Below, piece after piece: positions 12,311 through 22,646 of a stretch of DNA of 64,000 bases (within the stretch, counting starts at the first letter, position 1; the number at the start of each line of letters is the position of its first letter). This DNA is from Eledone cirrhosa. Its lineage: Eukaryota. The notes under the pieces are model-generated. The model was given only the letters and a program-made list of their open reading frames with translations. It had not been told where the DNA came from and did no database searches. The translations under genes were made by a program, and so were the position numbers. The stretch is from contig OZ024741.1 in the NCBI GenBank assembly GCA_964016885.1, forward strand, positions 325,128,001 through 325,192,000, given 5' to 3'.

Positions 12311-12396
12311 TATACTCTTCGTTAAATTGGTGACGCCGACGTGATAAAAAACAAAACAAAAACGAAGTGGTATTTTAGAAAAAAGAAGGAAACAAT

Positions 12397-13281
12397 ATGG
12401 AACAATCACCAGCATCATCGTCCATGCAAGCAGCTATATTCCTTCGGATACCGACATACTGGCCTCATGATCCTGCCATTTGGTTCAGATTCATCGAGGC
12501 CCAATTTGAAACGCACCATGACAGAACAACAATTTCCGATGTTGTCGGGGCGCTTCCTCCTGAGAGCCTGCAGCAGATCCGGGATTTACTTACAGCACCA
12601 CCAGGCACATATTCTTATGCCACATATAGGTCCGAGCTTATAAAGCGGACGTCCGTCTCGCAGCAGCAACGAATTAATCAACTACTTTATTCAGAGGAGT
12701 TGGGCGAGAAGAAACCGTCACAGTTCCTAAGACGCCTAAAGCAACTATTGGGAGAAAACACCATAGAGCCGGCCATCTTAAAACAGCTGTTCTTACAAAG
12801 GCTGCCACCAACCACTCGCAGTATTTTGGCGGCCAGTGAAATATCCACCCCAATCGAGGAGTTGGCGGATTCAGCCGATAGGATCATGGAGGTGGCAGCA
12901 CCATTGTCACTCGTGACCCAGGACACACACACAAATCCCACAGTAAGCTCCTTTTCTCCCCCTTTTTCTTCCTCATTTTATAATTCTTCTCCTTCTTCGT
13001 CTTCTGTTTCAGAGGTAGCGGCGCTCGCGGCTCGGGTGGAAGAACAGGCCGAGCAACTGAACGCTCTTATGGCTAAACTGCAGCTACAACCACGCAGCAA
13101 CGCCAGCTCAACTCGATGCACTTCCCATCAGCGCCCTCGAGATCCGAGTCGTACCCGGGTGACCGATCCCATGTGCTTTTACCACCGTAAGTTTGGCGAA
13201 AGGGCCCATAAATGCATATTGCCTTATTTTTTTAGGAGGGGTTTCCGTTATGTGCCGGGAAACGACGTGGCCAGGCAGTAA
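12397..13281 (+). CDS. gag: Gag of element 2, 294 aa
   Basis: IPTYWPHDPAIWFRFIEAQF, LGEKKPSQFLRRL, CFYHRKFGERAHKCILPY (last Cys of CHCC lost). Confidence 0.85.
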   Translation: MEQSPASSSMQAAIFLRIPTYWPHDPAIWFRFIEAQFETHHDRTTISDVVGALPPESLQQIRDLLTAPPGTYSYATYRSELIKRTSVSQQQRINQLLYSEELGEKKPSQFLRRLKQLLGENTIEPAILKQLFLQRLPPTTRSILAASEISTPIEELADSADRIMEVAAPLSLVTQDTHTNPTVSSFSPPFSSSFYNSSPSSSSVSEVAALAARVEEQAEQLNALMAKLQLQPRSNASSTRCTSHQRPRDPSRTRVTDPMCFYHRKFGERAHKCILPYFFRRGFRYVPGNDVARQ

Positions 13282-15643
13282 CAGCGGCAACTACACCTAG
13301 CTCTTCCAAACCTAGCCGCTTATTCCACATTAGCGACCGATGAACTGGTGTTCGTTTTCTGGTGGACACCGGAACTGAGGTTAGCGTTATACCATCATCC
13401 CTGGTGTCAGGCAGTAAGATATCCACAACAGTCCTTCTTAAGGCGGTGAACCATTCTGCTATACCCACATGTGGAGAAAAGTCCTTAACTTTTGATCTTG
13501 GGCTCCACCGAGTTTTGCAGTGGGTTTTTGTCATTGCCAAGTTGCCGACTCCGATCCTAGGAGCGGATTTCTTACACCATTTCGGTCTCCTGGTGGACAT
13601 TAAACACAGCAGACTGATTGATTCCACCACCGGCTCCAATGTTCGCGGCATCGGCAACAAGACACCCTCTCTCAGCTCAGTTTTGTTTAACCCAGTGCAG
13701 TCCGGCAGATACGACGCTATCCTACGTAGGCACCCTGACGTCTCGCGCCCGATTTTTAACAGTCGGCCGGTGACCCACAGTGTTACGCATCATCTCATGA
13801 CTAAGGGCCCTCCGGTATCTTCTAAACCAAGGCGACTCGCTCCTGACCTGGGCATTGTTCGTCCATCCAGTAGCAGTTGGTCTTCCCCCCTTCACATGGT
13901 TCCCAAGAAATCTGTGGGTGACTGGCGACCGTATGGAGACTATAGCTTTCTTAACACGCGAACCAAACCCGATAGGTATCCGGTGCCTCACATACAGGAT
14001 TTCTCTGCTACCCAACACGGAGCTAGGGTCTTTTCAAAAATCGATTTCGTTCGGGCGTACAACCAGATTCCTATTGAACCTGATGACATTCCGAAAACGA
14101 CCATTACAAATCCTTTCGGCCTTTTCGAATTTCTTAGAATGCCATTTGGTTTACGCAATGCTGCATCGACCTTCCAGCGTTTCATCGACACAGTAGTACG
14201 TGGTTTACCCTGTGTCTACGCGTATATTGACGATGTGCTGGTAGCCAGCACACCCCATGAGGAACACGAAAGGCACCTACAGTTGCTTTTCGAGCGTTTT
14301 TCTCAGTTTGGTATCATCATCAACCCCAATAAATGCCTTTTCGGTGTTTCTTCCCTTGAGTTTCTGGGACACCATATCGACGAGCGAGGAATCCGCCCCC
14401 TCCACGACAAAGTTAAGTCAATTTTGGAGTTTCCCACTCCTACGTCACTGAGGAAAGTACGTGAGTTCCTTGGCCTCATAAATTTTTACCGACGGTTCAT
14501 TCCTCGCTGTGCAGAGTCTCTCCAGCCGCTAACAGACATCCTACGGCAGTGCAAACGGAAGAACCAGCTTATCACTTTCAATGACGCACAAGCGGCCGCT
14601 TTTCTGGGAGTAAAGCGGGCCTTAGCAGAGGCCACAATGTTGGTTCATCCAAAACCGGACGCACCGTTTGGCCTGTTCGTCGATGCATCGGATGTCGGGG
14701 TCGGTGGCGTCCTCCAGCAATGTGTGGACGATGCGTGGCAGCCAATTTCTTTCTTCTCTAGGCGACTCAAACCGGCCGAAACAAAGTACAGCACATTCGG
14801 TCTGGAACTTTTAAAAGCGTACCTCAGTGTGAGACATTTCCGGCACATGTTGGAAGGCTCAGTGTTTTCTATTTACACGGACCATAAACCTCTCACGTAC
14901 ACTCTGTATTCCAAGCCTGACCGCCACTCACCTAGAGAAGTACGCCACCTGGATTTTATATCCAAGTATACTACGGATATTCGCCACATTAAAGGTCCAG
15001 ACAACTCTGCAGCCGACGCCCTTTCTCGCGCATACTTGGATGCACTGCACACCTCTTTTCCCATCAGCCTCCAAGACATCGCCGCCGCTCAACAGACGGA
15101 TGGGGAGCTCCTCAAACTCTGAAATTCTCCATCTTCTTCTTCCTTGTCTTTCAAACTCCTCCCTCTACCCTTTTCTTCTAATGGTATCTGGTGTGATGTG
15201 TCTACGGGTCACGCGCGCCCCCATGTGCCCTTACAGCATCGACGTTCGTTTTTTTCTGCGCTGCACAACATATCGCATCCTGGAGCCAACTCTACCTTAA
15301 AGTTATTAACAGCCCGATTTGTTTGGGTTGGTGTGAACAGGGATGTCAGGAAATGGGCCAGACGTTGCGTCCAGTGTCAGAAGGCGAAGGTTCACCATCA
15401 TGTCAGAACACCTCTGGGAACCTTCGCAACACCGGATGCACGTTTCCAACACGTACACATCGATATCGTCGGACCACTGCCTCCTTCTTAGGGTTGCACG
15501 CACCTTTTGACCTGTGTGGACAGATTCTCCCGGTGGCCTGAGGCCATTCCTCTTTCCGACACCACAACCGAATCTATTGCCAAGGCGCTAGTACAGAATT
15601 GGATTGCGCGTTATGGCGCACCTTCTACCATAACAGCGGACAG
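13257..15643 (+). pseudogene. pol: Pol of element 2, disrupted
   Basis: -1 frame from GGGAAAC; FLVDTG, YIDD, TDHKPL, HIDIVGPLP; stops at ~13341, 15120 and 15489; in-frame deletion after RRLAPD. Confidence 0.88.
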
Positions 15644-15893
15644 AAAATGGTGGCGATAGTCAGATAAGGAGAAGCAAACAAGGGAGAAAACTCCTACATT
15701 ATATTATAAAAACAATATAATTTAAGAACGTTGTAAGCGACTTAATTTCAGGCGAATGAAACATACATAATGAAAGGATACCGTGTGAGCAGAAATATAT
15801 ATATGCATACATAGTTATACACCTTTCAACAGATACACATACACACATATATATATATATAGTTTATATTTCTATTATATCTTCGGCCTAATA

Positions 15894-16031
15894 ATGGCTT
15901 CGGCTTCTAATCCACCTGAATCAGCTGCAACAGACAAAACTCCTGTTGCGGCAGAGGAAAAAAAGACGGCGTTAGACAAAGAAAATGAATGTGATCAGAC
16001 TCAAAACACAGAGTCCAACGACAGTCATCAA
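15894..16031 (+). CDS. ERI1: ERI1 coding exon 1 (low-complexity N-terminus)
   Basis: ATAATGG start, MASASNPPES...NDSHQ, donor GTTAGT at 16032; phase 0 matches exon 2. Confidence 0.7.
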
Positions 16032-16904
16032 GTTAGTATATACATATAAATATATAGTGTTTAAAGTCCTACAGTCCAGCTTAACCCCTTTCCGTGGCAT
16101 AACGGGTCCCATTCAACCATGGAAACAGTTTAAAGCTTGATAATAGGGTTTATATGTATTTAAATAATATCGACATTCTATTTTGCTTTAAAGTATGGAT
16201 TACTAAGTTGAATAATGGTCTTATTAGTCTTATATTACTAACATCTTATTCATATATATATATAAAAGTGGAGCTTCATCCCCTCCCCCCTCCCTGAAAT
16301 GGCCCTAACTTTTCTATTACATTTTTCTCCGGATATTTGGCAATTTTCCCCGAAATTTATTTCCCGAGACTCCATAAAAAAGGTGGATTTCGAGAAAACA
16401 AATTAATTTCCACCTGTCCTGTCTCCCTTTCCTCGGAACTTTTGGCTGCTACTTCTAATATTTCGAGAGATCATGCAGAGACTCTTCTTTTAGTTCGTGG
16501 GGGTCTACACATATTCCAGATAGTATTTACATATAACTTCATTGGTAACCTTAAAGTTTAGCTTACAAACAAAACTAACAAGAAAAAGGCGGCTAAATTC
16601 TTATTTAACAGCCAAAGTTATTTTTAAAAGAACCTTTCTAATACTTTCGTTTCTTTAAAACAGTTTTGTTTTTAAAAATATTAATTAATAAATTACAAAA
16701 GATTTCTTAATTATTCTGGTGCTTGGAAAATTAAATTTAAAAAATCAGTTACAAAAAATTCCTCTTGTAATATTTACTCTTTTTTGTTTAGGATTTAAAA
16801 ACAATATTTGAAAATTAATTTATTAATTGTAAATTTACCTACAAAAAAAAGAAAAGAAAAATATAATTTTTAGAAGTATATTTTGTTTTAGATTTCTTTA
16901 TTGG

Positions 16905-17170
16905 GTTTTGACCGATCGTGGTAAGGGTGTTGGACATACGATCATAATCGTGGGTTCGCTTCGTGGACTGAGTTGTGTGTTGTGTTCTTGAGCAAAACAC
17001 TTCATTTCACATAGCTCCACTCAGCTGAAAATAAGTACCAGCAATAGATGGTGGTGGGGGAGTAACATTGCGATGGACTAGTGTCCTGTCCAGTGAGGGC
17101 GGGTCTTGTACTCTCAGTCGCTTCACGCCACAGGAACCAGAATAAGCCTTAGGGCTTGAGATGGACTTAA
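16905..17170 (+). mobile_element. tRNA-derived SINE with CORE-like segment (ERI1 intron 1)
   Basis: TGGTAAGG A-box, GGTTCG B-box, GTGTTCTTGAGCAAAACACTT; minus-strand relatives near 19350-19480, 45790-45935 and 47350-47460. Confidence 0.6.
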
Positions 17171-17790
17171 GACTTTTAGCCGTCGGGACTTTTGGTCAAT
17201 TGGGACCACATCTGCCGTTTCCCCCAGAAAAATTGTGAGGAGTGTATCCCACCTGAAGAAGAAGCCCAGTGCGATGGAGGGGTTGATGCAACAGGTATCG
17301 CTGGCTGTTCTCTACAGTAATGCTTTCACCATTTCATTCCGTGGAGCATTACTGAAACATACCATCCAGATTTGGTGTAGAGTCTGCTGCTCCCTCTCCC
17401 TTTTCCTTTCATTATTTATTTTTCTTTCCCGCCGAGGTTGACTTTGCCTTTCATCCTTACGGGGGCGATAAAATAAAGTACCAGTAATGCAGTGGGTAAT
17501 TGCTGACCTTGTGCCTAAAGTAGAAACAATTATTTATTTTTCTTTCTTTTTTTATTGCACACATTATATAATACTTATTTCTTCATTCCCATGTCTGCGT
17601 TGGTTTCTTATAGTAATTGTTAAAGTTTTTGGTATCAAACCTATAGGGTAGACTGGTGTGGACTGGGAACCTCATGTGTCACCAACACAACTTTACAGAG
17701 TGGATTGGTTGCTGCCTGTTGTCATGTTACCAGTATGACCATCTTACAGCATGAACTGGGTGCTTTTGTTGCGGCACTAAGTGCTTTTTT

Positions 17791-18946
17791 GTTGTGGGAG
17801 ATAGATGTGGAGCATGTCCAGCATTGAAACATTGTGGGAGATAGATGTGGAGCATGTCCAGCATTGAAACATTGTGGGAGATAGATGTGGAACATGTCCA
17901 GTATTGAAACATTGTGGGAGATAGATGTGGAACATGTCCAGCATTGAAACATTGTGGGAGATAGATGTGGAACATGTCCAGCATTGAAACATTGTGGGAG
18001 ATAGATGTGGAACATGTCCAGTATTGAAACATTGTGGGAGATAGATGTGGAACATGTCCAGCATTGAAACATTGTGGGAGATAGATGTGGAGCATGTCCA
18101 GTATTGAAACATTGTGGGAGATAGATGTGGAACATGTCCAGCATTGAAACATTGTGGGAGATAGATGTGGAACATGTCCAGCATTGAAACATTGTGGGAG
18201 ATAGATGTGGAACATGTCCAGCATTGAAACATTGTGGGAGATAGATGTGGAGCATGTCCAGTATTGAAACATTGTGGGAGATAGATGTGGAGCATGTCCA
18301 GCATTGAAACATTGTGGGAGATAGATGTGGAGCATGTCCAGCATTGAAACATTGTGGGAGATAGATGTGGAACATGTCCAGCATTGAAACATTGTGGGAG
18401 ATAGATGTGGAACATGTCCAGCATTGAAACATTGTGGGAGATAGATGTGGAACATGTCCAGCATTGAAACATTGTGGGAGATAGATGTGGAACATGTCCA
18501 GCATTGAAACATTGTGGGAGATAGATGTGGAGCATGTCCAGTATTGAAACATTGTGGGAGATAGATGTGGAGCATGTCCAGCATTGAAACATTGTGGGAG
18601 ATAGATGTGGAACATGTCCAGCATTGAAACATTGTGGGAGATAGATGTGGAGCATGTCCAGTATTGAAACATTGTGGGAGATAGATGTGGAACATGTCCA
18701 GTATTGAAACATTGTGGGAGATAGATGTGGAACATGTCCAGTATTGAAACATTGTGGGAGATAGATGTGGAGCATGTCCAGCATTGAAACATTGTGGGAG
18801 ATAGATGTGGAACATGTCCAGTATTGAAACATTGTGGGAGATAGATGTGGAACATGTCCAGCATTGAAACATTGTGGGAGATAGATGTGGAGCATGTCCA
18901 GTATTGAAACATTGTGGGAGATAGATGTGGAGCATGTCCAGTATTC
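17791..18946. repeat. 40-bp minisatellite, ~29 copies
   Basis: Unit ATTGTGGGAGATAGATGTGGA(A/G)CATGTCCAG(C/T)ATTGAAAC with only two variable positions. Confidence 0.98.
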
Positions 18947-19639
18947 CATGCTTTTATGGATAGGTTGAACAGGACAGGAAAGGTGTATCAGGTATGTGAA
19001 AAGTGGGACGGGGAAGGAGTATCAAATTGGATATGGACAAGGTGAGTGGGATATATATAGCTGGAGAGGACAGGGTATTAAAACTGGGGAGGGTGAATGG
19101 GAAAGGAGTAGGGAGAAGATTGGTGCAGACTACTGTCTGATTTAATGGCACTAATTAGTAATATGAAACTATAGGTTTGGTTGTTGTTGTTTAGGCCTGG
19201 GTCAACCAAATGGGCAGTTTAATCTATATAAACTCGATCGACAATATCTCAGACGTTAATCACTTATTGAGTGGGGTGGAACTTGTCAAATATCAAATCA
19301 AGGAAACAATATTTTCATTGGTCTTTCCATTGCTGATGCCATCTACCGGCTGCAACTCCTGGCAGAAAGAGCAACATGAAAGAAAATATCTTGCTCAAGG
19401 ACATAATGCATTGCCCAGTTCGGTAATCAAACTCGCAACCTCATGATAGCGAATCCCATTCCACACCACTAAGCCACAATCATGAAGTCACTGCACTTGT
19501 TGGTTTACTACTATAACAATGACATCTTTACTTGTTTCGACTTCCTCTGTATATGTTTATGGATGGACCTATCAAAAATAATCATTAACCCATAACATCC
19601 TGTAAAGCTTTCACAGAAAATATCTAAAAACAGATTTGT

Positions 19640-20060
19640 TGATTCAAATGTTTATAGTTTCTTTACTGATGGAGAGATCACTGTGAGAATTTGCAGTATT
19701 AAAGTAAAAAATTTCAATTTTTATGTGATGCAGTCATAGTGCTGTTTTGTACCTTTTGAGAAAGGCTTGCTTGTGTGTTTTTCAATTTAAATATTTTAGT
19801 GTCTTTACTGGTGAGCAGATCATTGTGAAAATTTGCAGTATTAAGTAAATACTGCAATTTTTAATATGATGCAGTCATAGTGTTTTGTTAATTTTTGAAA
19901 AAAAGTTTGGCCATGTGTTTTTTAATTCAAATGTTTATAGTATCTTTAATATTAAACAGATCATTGTGAAAATTTGCAATATTAAAGTAAATACTTTAAT
20001 ACAATTTTTAATGTGATGCAATCATAGTGCTGTTTTGTACTTTTTAACAATGTCTTGCTT
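19640..20060. repeat. Three degenerate ~140-bp tandem repeats
   Basis: GATCA(C/T)TGTGA.AATTTGCA.TATTAA...TGATGCA.TCATAGTG recurs three times. Confidence 0.75.
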
Positions 20061-20125
20061 ATGTGGTTTCATGTGGTATAGGATGTTAGGAATTAAAGAA
20101 ATGCTTATTTGCTCTAATATTTCAG

Positions 20126-20262
20126 AATGGTAAAACGAAGCGCCTGGATTCAATGTTTCCTGAACAAGTCTACAAGAAGTTGTCCAGAATTAATGGTGCA
20201 ATTAACAGAATGACTAAATCTGAGTTGCTTAGAAAGGCACATGACTTACAGTTGGATCCAAG
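20126..20262 (+). CDS. ERI1: ERI1 exon 2 (start of SAP domain)
   Basis: TTCAG acceptor; EQVYKKLSRINGAINRMTKSELL...LDPR resembles ERI1 PVYKEIAITNGCINRMSKEEL; GTAAGA donor, phase 2. Confidence 0.9.
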
Positions 20263-20304
20263 GTAAGATTGAGACTACAGTGTGTATTCCAATCTATATT
20301 TACA

Positions 20305-20620
20305 GTATATATCATAATCATCTTTGTTTTTACGTCAGTTTTTTTCATGCTTGCATGGGTTGAATGGGTCCTTCTCAACATGGCATCTCTCCACTTGTTG
20401 CGTTTCTCTGTGAGTCTCCGTAATTTGAAGTCATCTCTCACAACCTCTGCTGAGGTCTTTCTTGGTCTACGGCTTCCTTCCACTGGGATTTCCTGGAACT
20501 TTACCCAACGATCATTGTCCATCCGCATCACATGTCCAAACCAATGCAGTCTTCCCTCCTTCACACCACCTCGAATTCCTCTTAAACCCAGCTTCTCCTT
20601 CAACTCGTCCAAGCTCTGCC
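20305..20620 (-). mobile_element. RTE LINE 3' fragment immediately after ERI1 exon 2
   Basis: ELKEKLGLRGI...RLHWFGHVMRMD...RPRKT; 3' UTR with CCCATGCAAGCATG and degenerate (TGA)n. Confidence 0.85.
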
Positions 20621-20879
20621 TTTATATATATATATGAATGAAGTGATTCTGTAGGAAAGGTCCAGGAAAAAAGAGTGCTCTATGTAGGTTATTAGTTATG
20701 TAATAAACAACATAAGATAATTATTTCATTTACCAGTGGTTTCTTGAAAGCAACCAAAATTGCTTTCATTCATTAGAATGAAAAAATCCTGGTGTCTTTA
20801 TTGACAGTGGATTTGAAAAACAAAAATATAACAGATATGAAAGTGAGGCTGGAGGAAAAAAGGGGGGGGGGAAAGAATA

Positions 20880-20991
20880 ATAAATAATATATAACACACA
20901 CACACACACACACACGCACACTCACATATACAGACATATATACATATATATATATATACATATATACATGCATATATACACACACATATAC

Positions 20992-21033
<42 letters not shown>

Positions 21034-21089
21034 CCATACATAAATACACCAATATATATATATACACATATATACATGCACACACATAC

Positions 21090-21124
<35 letters not shown>

Positions 21125-21444
21125 CATATATACATACACATACACACCCATACACACACCCATACACACACCCATACATACACACATATATACACACACA
21201 CATGCATACATACTCACATATAAAAGGATACATATGCACACACACAAATAAGAATAAATAATCATAATAGGCCGTCACATACAAATAAGCAAATAAAAAA
21301 TAAGGATTAAGAAAATAAAAAAACGGCAAAATTTAAAATAAAAATAATAATAATAATAATAATAAATGACCAAACGCACGTGGTAAGCAAATGCACAATA
21401 TATATATACACAAATAATATATATATATATATACACGCACACAC

Positions 21445-21483
<39 letters not shown>

Positions 21484-21766
21484 ACATACGCACACACACA
21501 TATATATATATACATATACACTCGTACATATAAACACACACATACGCATACATATAAATATACAAGCACACCCCATACATATAAACACAGCACAGACACA
21601 AAAGAATATATACATACAAATACATATACACGCGCACATAAATGCATACAACCACATACACACATATAGTATAAACATTTCTTAAAGATAAAAACATAAA
21701 TATAAAAAGTATAAAGTTACATACACACATACGCATAAGTACGTACACACGCACACACATACACAC

Positions 21767-21800
<34 letters not shown>

Positions 21801-21804
21801 GTAA

Positions 21805-21837
<33 letters not shown>

Positions 21838-22058
21838 CACATATACACACCTACACACACATATATATATATCCATATATAAATGAAAACAGAAATTAAT
21901 GTGAGCAAGAAGCCAACAGTAATTCATACATATAAGTGACTATTACGTCATATATATATATATACTATATACATATATATATATATATACGCACACATAT
22001 ATATATATACACAGACATACACACATACACACACATATACACATACATACACACATTT

Positions 22059-22104
<46 letters not shown>

Positions 22105-22175
22105 AATACATAAAAATTTATTTTCAATTTTATGTATATATATATATGTATACATATATACATATATATACACAT

Positions 22176-22228
<53 letters not shown>

Positions 22229-22458
22229 TATATATACATACATACATACACAATATAAAAATAAAGGGAAGGAAGGGGTATTCAAATAGGGCATACGACA
22301 AATAAAAAAATAAAGGTATAAATGTTTATACCTGATTAAGAGCACTCAACAGTTCCTGGAACAAATAATCAATAAAAGTAAGCATTAAAAAACTCTATGT
22401 AATTATTCATATACATACAAAACCATACATACACACACACACACACAACCAACTATAT

Positions 22459-22505
<47 letters not shown>

Positions 22506-22645
22506 CACACATATACACACCTACACACACATATATATATATCCATATATAAATGAAAACAGAAATTAATGTGAGCAAGAAGCCAACAGTAATTCATACA
22601 TATAAGTGACTATTACGTCATATATATATATATATACTATATACA
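20880..22645. repeat. (TA)n/(CA)n low-complexity tract with a 133-bp internal duplication
   Basis: Dinucleotide arrays; 21841-21973 is repeated at 22511-22645. Confidence 0.9.
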
Positions 22646-22646
22646 G

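Larger units (their letters stand above)
12328..15643 (+). mobile_element. Second CsRn1-clade Gypsy element (different family), 3'-truncated inside integrase
   Basis: PBS TGGTGACGCCGACGTGAT at 12328, gag, pol; similarity stops at TITADR (~15643); no 3' LTR. Confidence 0.9.

Noticed and set aside
14079-14100. CTGATGACATTCCGAAA hammerhead-like string
   Set aside because: Codes for PDDIPK in the RT; no stems
17791-18946. CRISPR-like periodic array
   Set aside because: No unique spacers and eukaryotic context; it is a pure tandem repeat
17722-18949. Three ~400-aa minus-strand ORFs
   Set aside because: Artefact of a 40-bp unit with no stop on that strand; the same peptide appears in all three frames
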